DNA of 63,861 bases, the filler included, from Chiloscyllium plagiosum (lineage: Eukaryota): assembly GCF_004010195.1 (NCBI RefSeq). It is 4 parts of one record of this genome, joined end to end, with 100 filler letters (N's around TTAATTAATTAA, not from the genome) between each part and the next. Parts side by side here need not be neighbours in the genome. Positions count along the whole stretch, not along the records: positions 31,795 to 51,092 come from NC_057714.1; positions 51,193 to 61,127 come from NC_057714.1; positions 61,228 to 63,861 come from NC_057714.1; 1 more part is not named here. One strand, 5' to 3'. Both the position numbers and the translations under genes were made by a program. Below are positions 50,250-62,371 of this stretch, in pieces. Position 1 is the first letter of the stretch. Each line of letters starts with the position of its first letter. The notes below the pieces were generated by a model. The model did not search any database. It saw nothing but the letters and a program-made list of their open reading frames with translations, and had not been told where the DNA came from.

Positions 50250-50582
50250 GCCTAGCTCAATGGCTGAGTGGTATAATCGCTACACTATTAATTCAGAGAC
50301 TCAGGCAAGTTCTGCGTACCTGGGTTCATATCCCAATAAGGCAGTGGAATTTGAATTCAGTATTAAAAATCTGGAGTTAAGAGTCTAATGGTGAGCATGA
50401 AAACCATTGTTGATTGTCATCGGGAAGAAAAAAGCCATCTGGTTCATGAAGAAGTGGTCTGGCTTATATATGACTGCAGACCCACAGCAATGTGGTTGAC
50501 TCTTAACTACTGTCTAGGCAATTTGAGATGGGCAATAAATGTTGGCCTGGCCAGCAAGGTCCTAATCCTGTGAATGAATAAA
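50250..50582 (+). mobile_element. Second tRNA-derived SINE family (related copies at ~31590-31694 +, ~48000-48245 -, ~53385-53620 -)
   Basis: GGGTTCA B-box-like head, shared CCCACAGCAATGTGGTTGACTCTTAA core, GGCAATAAATG..GGCC tail. Confidence 0.65.
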
Positions 50583-50724
50583 TCAAGTCCTTTGGCACCA
50601 TCCTTGAGTTAAAGAACTGATAAATTGGAAGCAATGCTTTCTCATTTGAACTCTCAATTTCTTCATGATCCTGAGATGCTTCTCATCCAATTCTGGTGCA
50701 TTGTTAACTTAAAATGTCAAAAGC

Positions 50725-51092
50725 GAGGGATCCAAGATGGCGGCGACCCAGTAAGACTGAGTCTATAGTGCTCCTCCCAAGACTAGGGCACAGTGGGTCA
50801 CCTACCCCCTACCAAGCTTACCAAATCATTTATAAATCATTTATAATAGTTTAGTAACTGAATTAGTTGTGTAATATTACATTTAAACAACTTAATCCTA
50901 AGTTAAAATGACTAAAGGGAAGGGAGCCCGCAGCTCTCAGCAAGCAGGAACCCCTCCCCCACACTCTCCAGCTGCAGCAGAGGCGTCCACAGCCGCCCCG
51001 GGAGACTTACCAACAGTAACAAGCCTTGCAGAAATGCTTTCCAAGCTTGACTCGAAGATCGATGCCTTTATCGTCGAATCCAGGAACCGTTG
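50725..51092 (+). mobile_element. 5' end of an L1/Tx1-like LINE (5' UTR plus ORF1 start), cut by a gap
   Basis: CAAGATGGCGGC YY1-type motif at 50733-50744; ORF from 50908 MTKGKGAR... with a heptad-like LAEMLSKLDSKID, open up to the gap. Confidence 0.6.
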
Positions 51093-51192
51093 NNNNNNNN
51101 NNNNNNNNNNNNNNNNNNNNNNNNNNNNNNNNNNNNTTAATTAATTAANNNNNNNNNNNNNNNNNNNNNNNNNNNNNNNNNNNNNNNNNNNN

Positions 51193-51341
51193 TCCCCCAA
51201 GTCCCTCCTCCCTACCTTTTATCTTTGCCTGCTGGACACACTTTCCTCATTCCTGAAGAAGGGCTTATGCCCGAAACGTCGATTCTCCTGTTCCCTGGAT
51301 GCTGCCTGACCTGCTGCGCTTTTCCAGCAACACATTTTCAA
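51193..51341 (+). mobile_element. Penelope family A 3' pLTR with hammerhead motif (~51250-51283)
   Basis: CTGAAGAAGGGCTTATGCCCGAAACGTCGA. Confidence 0.8.
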
Positions 51342-51349
51342 CTTCTCCA

Positions 51350-52770
51350 ATCTGCGTGTCCTTTCTAAAGGATGTAAATCCTTGGATATTTAGTTTCCAG
51401 CCCTGACCCCTTGCAGCCATGACTCTGTGATGCCCACAGACTTGTACCCGCTAATTTCAGTCTGTGCTACAAACTCCTTAAACTTTGTTTCGTACATTGT
51501 GTGCAATACATTTATTCCTGCGATGTTTGCCCCCTTCTCATAGTTGTCCCTTTCTGACCCTTTCCTTGCTATTACTTGTTGTGGAACCTTTAATCACTCT
51601 CCTGAGTCCTTCCCCCTTTAACCTGTTTAAAGTCCTTAAGATCTTGATTTGACTTGAATTGCGCTATCAATTTCTCAACCTTGTTCCTGCATGCATTTTA
51701 ATGCATTAAGATATAAACACTTACGTTTGTTCTATAGTTGAGTTTCCTAACTGGTATGGTTCCTTGGTACAATATAGCATTCATACATTTTGTCCCTTCC
51801 TTTTATTTTCAGATAAAAATCAACTCTATCGCTAACCATCAATCCCACCTCCTCCTTTACTTTTGATTTTATAATTTTCCATGCAACTGAAATCACCCCA
51901 CCACTATTTAGTTTAAAGCCCTATTCAGCTATGCAATTTGCTACCACTCTGGTCCCACCATGATTCAGGAACAGCCATTGGAACAGCTCCCCTCTTTCCC
52001 CAGTACTGGTGCCAACATCTCATGAGTTCGAACCTGTCTCCCCCACACGAATCTTTGAGCCTCGTATTCACCCCTATAATCTTATTGACCCTGCGTCACT
52101 TAATTTGTGGCTCAGGTAGTAATCTGGATATTATTAGATTAATGTAACTAATTTTTATTTCTGCTTTTCAATTCATCTCTAGCAGCTCATGTTCCCCCAG
52201 TAGTACCTCTTTCCTCTTTCGACCTATATTATTAGTACCTATGTGGGCCATGACCACTGGATCTTCTTCCTCCCACTACAAATTCACCTGCAACCCAGAT
52301 AAGATATCCTGAACCTGGGTAACAGGCAGGCAACACAATTTTTGATCCTGGCTATAGAGAACTGTGTCTATTCTCCAGATTATACAATGCCCAGTTACAG
52401 CTACATTTCTCTTTCCTGCTCCCTCTCAAATGGCTCCCTATACCACAGTGTTCAGTTTTGTTCAGACTCCCTGCAGTCCCACTCTCATCCACACAGGGAA
52501 GAAGAATCACAAACCTGTTAGACAAGCACTAGGTCTGAGGCTCTTTCAGCACTTTCTCCTGGACCTCTCTACCTGCCTCACTCATAGCCACACCCTCCTG
52601 TCCTTGACCATTACATGATTCGAGGTTGTTAATCAAAAGGGAAGGACAGGTAATTGATGTGTTGCAGTGTTCAAAGCACAGACTCCAGCTCAACAACACT
52701 GAGCTAGAGTTTCTCAAGCAACCAACACTTGTTATGGATGTGGTCACTATAAGCTATAATGGAGTCCCTT
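51350..52770 (-). mobile_element. Decayed CR1 5' region (ORF1 esterase, start of ORF2)
   Basis: Minus-strand DPVVMAHIGTN and HQYWG; GITESWLQG. Confidence 0.7.
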
Positions 52771-53140
52771 ATCATGCAGATTCAACACATCACCTCTCTA
52801 CTTTATGTACTTGCCTCTCTACTTTATGTACTTAATTCTTACACTGTGCTTTTTTTAAAAATTTCAAACTGGTATTTTAGCTTGTAACCTGTAAATATTT
52901 TCCCACTTACCTTCAGTCTGAAAGCAACCTACAATATAATTAAATTAGTAGCTATTACCAACCAATGTATGGTTGTCCTGTGTTATCACTCTTCATTTTG
53001 TGCTGAGTCCCCTATCCTGAGCTTCAGTTTATCATGTTAAAAAAACTTGAACAAACTATGAACCAGAAACACAATGAAAAATCACCTCTTCTCCTCTGTA
53101 TCAAATTCCCAAGTTGCCTGCAAAGGCCCCAAACTATATA

Positions 53141-53343
53141 GTTGAAACTTTATTGCTGGAACAGCACAGCAGGTCAGGCAGCATCCAGGGAACAGGAGAT
53201 TCGACGTTTCGGGCACAGGCCCTTCTTCAGGCCTGTGCCCGAAACGTCGAATCTCCTGTTCCCTGGATGCTGCCTGACCTGCTGTGCTGTTCCAGCAATA
53301 AAGTTTCAACTTTGATCTCCAGCATCTGCAGACCTCACTTTCT
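53141..53343. mobile_element. Young Penelope-derived near-perfect fold-back element with hammerhead motif on the - strand (~53199-53231)
   Basis: ~80-bp perfect inverted arms centred near 53225; CCCCAAACTATATA at 53127-53140 and 53344-53357. Confidence 0.88.
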
Positions 53344-54313
53344 CCCCAAACTATATACTCAGTCAGACAGTGTCTCACTCTGGGTGTAATGATTAGGTGA
53401 CAATGACAATTTTTCTTTCTTAAAGGAATTAGTAAATCAGATGGGTTTTTCTCAACAGACACTGATAGTTTCATTACATAGACTAGCTTTGTACTCCAGA
53501 TGTTATAAATTTGAATTTAAATTTCACCCATTGCTATGCTGGGATTTGAACTTATATTGGCAAATATTAACTAGCCTGGACCTCTGGGTTATTAATCCAG
53601 TCATGTTACCACTAAACTATCATTGCCCTTTCAGCTTGAGTGGATAGGAAGCATTTATTTATTTTTGCATGGAGTTACTAATCATGGGCATAGATTTAAA
53701 ATACTTGTCAAAAGGATTAGGAGGTTTGTAGATAAACTATTTTCACCTGGATGGTAGTGGGGGAATGTAATTTTTACCTAAAAGGGTGACAGAGACTGAA
53801 ATTATATTTTGAAGAAACTTGGAAATATTCTTGTATTTCTATAACCTTCAAGGCTGTGGTCCAACATTTTTCTTCAGCTGGCACAGAACTGATGGACAGA
53901 ATGGCTTCCTTTCTTTTCCATTCGTTCTCTATAAACTTATGTTTCAAAATCCAATACTTTTCTTTTTCCTTCCCCAACCGAATCTGTCTAATTGCCATCT
54001 CCACCATCAGAGACTACAACCTCCATTGGGCATCCTATCCTTGACCACCATCAAGCAACTTCCAATACCCTGCCAACAACAAATCACAAACCCAGTCCCC
54101 ACTGACCACCCTACCTGACCACCACTAAGACTGCTGTACAAACTGTAGACCTCCCTGGTGATGTGAAACAGCTCCACATGAATCAAATGCTAGTTGAGGA
54201 CTGTACTTTATACATCACTGAACCTGACCTTGCATTTACCATGTCTCTTACCCATGAAGGGCCATTCCAGTGGTTCCATGTCAAATCAGAAGTAAACTGT
54301 CTTTCTCGTTTAG

Positions 54314-54596
54314 CAGAGTCTTGTGTCTGACATTGGCGTTCCTGGTGACCGAGATTCCTTCTCCACAATCTTGGTACCTCCATGCAAGATCTCAATCGCT
54401 CTCCCACTTGGAACAATCTGTAAAACTGAGGACAAATATTTGAATCTTCTTTCCTTGAGAGTGCCTGTTATTGGCAACACCCCAGAAAGAAATTTCAAGT
54501 CTCCCTGTCGTTCAGCTCTGCAGGACATTCAGGAATCCCATTCTTCCAGGTCTTGTAATCTCACAGCAACACTCCCTGCACAGAATTCAGCTCCAG
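54314..54596 (+). CDS. Candidate internal exon of the + strand gene (QSLVSDIGVPGDRD...NTPERNFKSPCRSALQDIQ...NSAP)
   Basis: CTTTCTCGTTTAG acceptor, CAG|GTAAAA donor, 94 open codons in non-repeat DNA. Confidence 0.5.
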
Positions 54597-56519
54597 GTAA
54601 AAATTCACAAGAGATGCTATAATGTCTTCTTTTGGTTGCTTATAAACAAATGAAGGAAAGGTTCCAAGGGATTTGCTGACCTTTAAAGCAAGGATGAAAA
54701 ATATAATTTGCAATTATATGACAATTCATTGTGTCTTCCTTTCTGAACATCCCACAATGCAATACAAATAATGATTAATATGGTTACCTAATAAAAAGTC
54801 ATTTTGAAGATACCAATGTTTCACAACAGCAATGAAATTAATAATCAATAAATGTCTTTTTGTTGGATGTTTGAAGGATGACTGTTAACCAAACACCCAA
54901 GAAATGTGACATGTTCATTTTTGAGCACACAATGGTTTTAGAGGTGGTGAGGTTAGGGTTGAGTGAAGGAATCGACCTCTGCTTCTGAATACTGAGGCCT
55001 GAGTTACCACCCCAGTACTCAGCCTTGGACATCATTTCTAGCAATTAAGCTGACAACCTCATGGAAGCTAGGGAAACTCAGTAGGTCTGACAGTATCTAT
55101 GAAGAGAGAAACAAAGTTTCAATCCCAATACAACCCTTCAGGCATGAAGAGTTCGGAAAAGTGATGGGTTTCATGTTATGACAAAAAGGGGCATAGGAGC
55201 TAGTGGGACAGATGCTGAAGGTGCCCAAAGCAGAAGGCACTGTAAGTTCTAATGGTAACAGAGAAGATATATAGAGGTACGATAGGGGTTACTGAATGGC
55301 ATTAACAAATGAAAATAGTTAAACCCACACAAACAAGACTCTGGGATGATGGGGTAGGGGTGGGAGGAAGAAGGGTAATTAAAATGGAACACTCTCTGAA
55401 CCTGGCATGCACTCCTTGATCTCCCATCTTGATGGTAATGATACAGTAGGAGATAAAACAGGCCATAAGGTTACTCATGTGGTTGAATGTAGTTCTACTG
55501 CTGTTAACATTCCACTACACCTCAATGATACCCAGATTCACTGGATCTGGTCAAAGTCTGTCCCACTTAGCATAATGCAGGGTAAACTCATTGTGAAGAT
55601 GGGACTTCATCCCTGCAATGACTGTATGGTGTGTACTCCTACTGATATTGTCATGTATGAAGGCACCTGTGACAGATTAGTGAGAATAAGGTCAAGTAGA
55701 TTCTTGCTTTTTGTTAGTTCCCTCATCATCTGTCTGTGTCACAGCTATATCATTTAGGACACTGTCTGCTCAGGCATTGTGTGTTGCTGAGCCATTCATG
55801 TTGATGGATATTGAAGTCTCTCACTGACAGTACATTCTGTGCATACATTCCCACGTAATACTTTTCAGCTGAACTCTTGATCGGTACCATGTTCTATCCC
55901 ATACAGTAAGTCTGGTGGTGAGGGAAAGGCATACTGACAGGCAATCCCATTAATGCCTGCAATGGGAAGGTATGTGATGGCCTTCCCATCTTATTATCAT
56001 TAAGTGGGCAATGAATTGATCCAGGGCTGGTCTGCTGCTCGCCTGTTAAATGTCACAAGATGCGGCAAAACTACCTGAAAAGAGCTGTTGCAGGCTTCTC
56101 ACCAGCTCTCAAGTCACCAGACAAGATCCATATTTCCTCATTCGACATTTCAGCAGTTAAAGGGGCCCAAACAGGGTAACTTGATTTTCTGTCAGCTTTG
56201 ATTGTCCATATATGTTGGACTTTAGATAGCATGTAAAGAATCATTTTAACAGAATAAACTAAATGGAAATTATTGATGACATTTATGCTTCACCTGTCTC
56301 TCCTCCCTTAAACCTGTCATTTGTTTGACTAAACTTTTGCTCACTTGACATAATATTTCACTCCCTGACTCATCACCAATTTTATCTGACTCCAGTCCTG
56401 TAAAGTGCCTTTGGGTGTTTGGTGTGTGAAGTCTGTTGCATGGCTATGCCATCTCACTATGCTGTATGACCTACTCTTCATAATTAAGTTTACTGCCATC
56501 AATCTCTTTAAGAGTTATG

Positions 56520-57125
56520 GAGCCATAGAGTCATAGAGATGTACAGCACGGAAACAGGCTCTTCGGTCCAACTTGTCCATGCTGACCAGATATCCTGAAT
56601 TAATCTAGTCCCATTTGCTAGGACTTGGCCCGCATGCCTCTAAACCCTTCCTATTCATATAACCATCCAGATGTTTTTAAAATGTTGTAATTGTACCAAC
56701 CTCCACCACTTCCTCTGGCAGGCCATTCCATACACGCACCACCCTCTGTCTGAAAAAGTTGCCCCTTAGGTCCCTTTTAATGTTTTCCCCTCTCACCCTA
56801 AACCTATGCCCTCAGTTCTGGACTCCCCCACCCAGGGAAAAGACCCTGTCTATTTACCCTATCCATGCCCCTTATGATTTTATAAATCTGTATAAGGTCA
56901 CCCCTCAGCCTCCGCTGCTCTAGGGGCAACAGCCCTAGTCTATTCAGCCACTCCCTATAGCTCAAATCCTCCAACCCTGGCAACATCGTGTAGTTTTTTT
57001 TCTGAACCATTTCAAGTTTCACAACATCCTTCCAATAGGAGGGAGATCAGAATTGCATATGATATTCCAAAGGTGGCCTAGCCAACGTCCTGTACAGCCG
57101 CAACATGACTTCCCAACTCCTATAC
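56520..57125 (-). mobile_element. CR1/HER1 3' fragment
   Basis: MLPGLEDLSYRE.LNRLGL..LEQRRLRGDLI; same family as 8833-10210. Confidence 0.92.
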
Positions 57126-58758
57126 GTCTCCTTATTCTAGTGTGGTAGAAGAAAACACTTCCTGCTCTAACTGAAAGAATGTTTTTGGATTAACAAGGTG
57201 TAGTTTGTTGCATGTTGGTAGTTACAGGTTACGTTGATATGATGGACATTGATACAAAGACTTTGAGAGGGATTAGATCATGAGTCTAGTTCTTTCAAGA
57301 TCCTAAAACGTTCTACATACATGTCAAGAAGACTCCATGCTGAAGAAGAGTCATACCAGACTTTAACCATTAACACTGTTTTCTCTCCACAGATGTTGCT
57401 AGACTTGCTGAGTTTCTCCAATATCCTTTGTTTAGTCCATTTGACATCATCATAGTAGGCATCACTTATGGCTCTGCTCAGTATTAACCCTTTTAGACCC
57501 ATGTACAACAAAATTGTTAGTTAAATGCAAGTTTATTTTGTTGATGGTTGCTTATAAAAAAGTTATAAACCACAGAAAAGTAGAAAACTGAATGCACCTC
57601 TTAGGTTTATGGGATGAATTCCTTTGGGCTGTCTAACAGCATCGTGATTGGAAACACTGTATTCTATGTCAAGGTAGGCAATGTTTGGTCTGACAGGAGA
57701 AACCTAATGCTTATGAAACATTCTTGTTAGTATTGAGTGTTATGTTGAGTTATGACATGTCACAGCATAGTAAAAGGCTAACTGAGCTGACTGATTATGT
57801 TGATATTTATACTCCAAACCAGCCTTCTTACATCCCTCTTCATTTTAGCATATTCATCTATTTTGTTTTCCCTCATGTGCTATCTAGTTTCTTTGTAAAT
57901 GCATGCATATCATGACCTCAAATGCCGCTTGTGATAGCAAGTTCTATATTTCTGTCCCTCTTTGGACAAAAGTTTTCTCCCAATTTCCTGTTGGACTGAT
58001 TAGTAACCATTTCATATCAATGGCCTCTCATTATGACTTACCCAGCAGCAGAAATATTTTCTCTTCAACTCCCCTTTCTTTTTCTTAAAACCTTTGACTC
58101 GTCAGATCTCAGCATTCTCTAAAGTATAAAATGAAAGTTCAGCTTGTTCAGCCTTTACCAGTAAATATATCCTCACAATTCTGATATCATCCTTGTATAT
58201 CCTTCATTAACTATTTATAGTATATCTAAGTAATATATATATATTATATGGACACCAGAGTCAGAAATTTTGCTCGTACAAGACCAGATGCAGTTGTTGT
58301 GTGTGGGTTCTTTCTCGTCTGAAGTAGACTAATGTGGATTAGGATATCCATTTTCTTGGTCTAACTGGAAGATTCTTGTTGAGAAAACAATATGAAGTTT
58401 ATTGGATAGCAGTAATTTAAAGTACCATAAAGACCATTTGGAAACACTTGACACGGGCCATCTTCTAAAAGGTTTCTTCTTTCCTCTATGATATCATTAC
58501 AGGCAGTGGTGCGTACTACACTCAATCAAGACTTAATCCTTTCAAATCTTTTAAAAACCCCCATATGCAACAGCAGGAAGGAATAAAGGTCCCATTACTG
58601 GCTGGAAAACCAGCCTCTCTCCACCTGTGAACCATTTTTGATGAGGCAGGATGAAGGATGATGGGGTTGGGATGTGTGGTGGTGGAGGTGACGACAACAT
58701 GCGCTCAAGTTCTTCATGTTCTCTTTTTTCCTGTTTCAATTCAAAACCAACAATGTAG

Positions 58759-58838
58759 CAGAGTGGCTGAGAACAATTCCACCCAAAGACAAAGAAAACC
58801 GAAAGCAACCATTGTCCAGCTTTAAGAAACAGAATTAG
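58759..58838 (+). CDS. Candidate terminal exon of the + strand gene (AEWLRTIPPKDKENRKQPLSSFKKQN*)
   Basis: First AG after the pyrimidine tract at ~58709-58740; phase 1 matches 54596. Confidence 0.4.
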
Positions 58839-59701
58839 TTTCTACACTGATGTTAATGATCTACACCTTGCAGTCTATGCTTATTTCATCTTCGAAAACT
58901 GCTGTTCCACTCCTCTCTTAATGTTCCATATGACAAGTTAAATCTGTCTATATTGCAAAAAAATACTAAGCTGCATGATTTTCTGCAGTACTGTAATGAG
59001 GGGATTAACCATTCTAATTCACTAGATTCGGGTCAGGGAATTTCACACAATAAAGGAACTAGTTTTACTTTCACTACTTCGAAATGATCATAAACCAGCA
59101 AAACCGTGCATTTTACTAGAGCAACAAAAATTTTTTTGCTCCTCAATTTTATAGCAAAATTACTGCCACCTATTTTTGTCTTAACTTTAATAGTGCGCTT
59201 AGTTCAAGGTGAATGATCACACAGGGTTTTTGCACATTTAAATGCAGAATCCTTTGAGTAACTCGATACATTGCAGCACTTCCACTTTATTTATTTGGAC
59301 AGCTGATGGACTGAGTTTGTGACAAAATATTGAGGAATCCCCTAGAGGAAGGATGTTTGCTAACACAGACTTGCAGAAAGCTAACATTGAACTGCATGGA
59401 CTGAAGAGCAGAATTTACAATTCAGCAGTTATTTGACCTTTGACCATTGTTACTGGCCCCTTGATGTTGTCAGCTGAGTCAAGCAAATTCAAAATTGCAG
59501 TGACATTACTTACATTGTTCCAACAAAATCTCTTTGAAGTTCACCATGATATTTGACCTGTTGATCTACCACAAGGAAATGTAAAACAGTGCAATTAATA
59601 AAGCAACTGAGCTGTCATGCCGATCTCATGCATATAAGAGGGTAACTACAACAACAGTTAGCATAGATACTCAACAGATATACAATAACATCTTATACAA
59701 T

Positions 59702-59849
59702 GTTAAAAATCACACAACACCGGGTTATAGTCCAACAGGTTTAATTGAAGCACTAGCTTTAGGAACGACGCTCCTTCATCAGGTGACAACCACTTGGTGT
59801 TGCATAATTTTTAACTTTGTACACCCCAGTCCAACACCGGCATCTCCAA
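59702..59849. mobile_element. Penelope family B fold-back element (hammerhead GAAA mutated to TAAA)
   Basis: Inverted GTTAAAAATCACACAACACC arms; ATCTTATACAAT duplicated at 59690-59701 and 59850-59861. Confidence 0.8.
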
Positions 59850-60269
59850 ATCTTATACAATAGTTAATTCAACAAAGGGAATGATAGATACATGCAAAGC
59901 ATTTGTGTAGTAATGGGTATTCTTTATTGAAAATCCGTAATTCCCAGGCCATATCTTATGGATCATTCCAATCCCATCCTCATTTCACCTTTTTTCCTAT
60001 GTATTCCGTCGTCCCCATCTACCCTTCCTATGTCATTCCATCAATCTATTCCATATCGCCCAAACATTCTCTCTCTGACACCTTCTCACCTACATGCCAT
60101 GCTGATCCCATTCCATCTGCTTTCCTACATGCCACCCCAATCCAGACTGAGTCCCCTCCCACGCCATCCACAATCCCAGGTCTTTCACCCACATTCCATT
60201 TCTACTCACACCCATATGTATCCCCTCACCAACTTCTGTCATCTTGTGGAAGATTTTCTGAATATTTTG

Positions 60270-60925
60270 ATATGGAGATACTAGTGCTGGACTGGGGTGT
60301 ACAAAGTTAAAAATCACACAACACCAGGTTATAGTCCAACAGGTTTAATTGGAAGCACTAGCTTTCGGAGCGACGCTCCTTCATCAGGTGGTTGTGGAGT
60401 ATAAGATTGTAAGACACAGAATTTATAGCAAAAGTTCACAGTGTTACGTAACTGAAATTAGACAATGAAAATTACCTTGATTGTTTGTTAAGTCTTTCAT
60501 CTGTTAGAATGACCATGTTAGTTTCACTTCTTTCATGTGTAAATCGCAAAAGTTACATTCTCAAGTGAACTTTAACAATTGGTGTTAGCCCAGACAATGT
60601 GTTGGGTATTGGCACCCCCCTGTGCTGCTCTCTGTACCATAATGTTTAGACTGATTCTAATCTAAAAAAATGAATTTACAGAATCTTACATGGATTCATG
60701 CCGTTTTTGAGCAAAGTACAATGTAACTCTGCAAGTAAAAATTCACCCCACAAGCATACGTGTGTGTGTGTGTGTTGGTGGGGGGAGGGGTGGGGGCGGG
60801 ATTGTGAGTGTCTGTGAGAGAGAGTGTATGTGTGTGTGTGAGTGTCTGTGTGTGTGTGTGCGTGTATGTGTGTAGGAGTGCCTCTGTGTGTGTGTATAGT
60901 GCAATGGGGTCACCTGTAGTGTAAA
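60270..60925 (-). mobile_element. Penelope family B 3' region including a (TG)n tract
   Basis: Reverse complement of the 31794-32135 family. Confidence 0.72.
60356..60390 (-). ncRNA. Minimal type I hammerhead ribozyme motif (intact)
   Basis: CAC-CTGATGA-A-GGAGC-gtc-GCTCC-GAAA-GCTA-GTG. Confidence 0.82.
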
Positions 60926-61127
60926 AACAATGACTGCAGGTGCTGGAAACCAGATTCTGGATCAGTGGTGCTGGAAGAGCACAGCAATTCAGGCAGCATC
61001 CGAGGACAGGCAAAATCGACATTTCGGGCAAAAGCCCTTCATCAGGAATAAAGGCAGAGAGCCTGAAGCGTGGAGAGATAAGCTAGAGGAGGGTGGGGGT
61101 GGGGAGAGAGTGGCATAGAGTACAATA
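60926..61127 (-). mobile_element. Penelope family A 3' end with hammerhead motif (~61015-61048)
   Basis: Near-identical to 63388-63500; CTGATGAAGGGCTTTTGCCCGAAATGTC. Confidence 0.8.
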
Positions 61128-61227
61128 NNNNNNNNNNNNNNNNNNNNNNNNNNNNNNNNNNNNNNNNNNNNTTAATTAATTAANNNNNNNNNNNNNNNNN
61201 NNNNNNNNNNNNNNNNNNNNNNNNNNN

Positions 61228-61740
61228 GGAGAGTGGGCCCTGTAGAGTGGAGGGGAGAGTGGGCTTTGTAGTGTGGAGGGGAGAGGTGTCCCTGTAGTTT
61301 GGAGGGGAGAGAGGTGCCTGTAGTTTGGAGAGGAGAACAGTTCCTGTAGTGTGGAGGGGAGAGGGGGTCCTGTAATGTGGAAAGGAGAATGGTGCCTGTA
61401 GTTTGGAATTGGGAACAGTTCCTATTGTGTGGAGGGGAGAGGGGGCCCTGTAGTGTAGAGGGGAGAGTGCGCTCTGTAGTGTGGAGAGGAGAGTGGTGAC
61501 TGTAGTTTGGAATGGTGAACAGTTCCTATTGTGTGGAGGGGAGAGTGGGCCCTGTAGTATGGAGGGGAGAGTGGTCTCTGTAGTGTGGAGGGGGGAGCAA
61601 TCCCTGAAGTTTGCAGGGGGGAGTGGTCCCTGTAGTGTGGAGGGGGGCGAGCGATTCCTGTAGTATTGTTGGGGGGTGACTGGTCCCTGTAGTGTGGGGG
61701 GAAGACCGGACTCTGCAGTGGGGAGAGGAGAGCAGGCCCA
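61228..61740 (+). repeat. G-rich minisatellite, ~29-30 bp unit, ~17 copies
   Basis: CTGTAGTGTGGAGGGGAGAG... repeated; adjoins a gap. Confidence 0.92.
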
Positions 61741-62202
61741 GCTTTTCAAGATGGCGGTATCAGCACAGTAGCTCGTTCACAGCAGTCCGGCTACATTTAT
61801 TTTCCCTCTGTCTTTCCTTTACATCGTTTTTTCTTTCTCTTCAGCTTCATGATGTTGCGGGGAGGCCATCACGGTCTGGCGTGACAACGTGGGGACCTCT
61901 GGCTATGGTGGGCCTTCCATAAGTCCTGGTGTCATGTTTGGCACCTCGGCCAAAGAACTTATTTTAAGTTCGTTGTGTACTCGTTTGCACCTCAAAGTGG
62001 CACTGGACAGAACGTATTTCACTTTTATCTCCCTTGACATATGTGGCAACAGATCATTCATTCATAATTCTAATAATAGTGGTTAAGTCCAGAATCAGGG
62101 GGGTCATATTTTAAGAATAAGGAGTAAATCTTTCAGGACATGGATCAGGAGAAACTGCTTCACCTCGGGAATGGTGAGCCTGTGAAATTCACTGCTACAG
62201 GA

Positions 62203-62371
62203 GAAAGTGAGGACTGCAGATGCTGGAGCTTAAAAATGTGTTGCTGGAAAAGTGCAGCAGGTCAGGCAGCATCAAAGGAACAGGAGAATCGACGTTTCGG
62301 GCATAAGCCCTTCTTCAGGAAGGAGAAACGTCGATTCTCCTGTTCCTTTGATGCTGCCTGGCCTGCTGCAC
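62203..62371. mobile_element. Penelope family A fold-back element with hammerhead on the - strand (~62289-62320), inserted in a CR1 fragment
   Basis: Inverted arms; AAATTCACTGCTACAGGA at 62185-62202 and 62372-62389. Confidence 0.85.
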
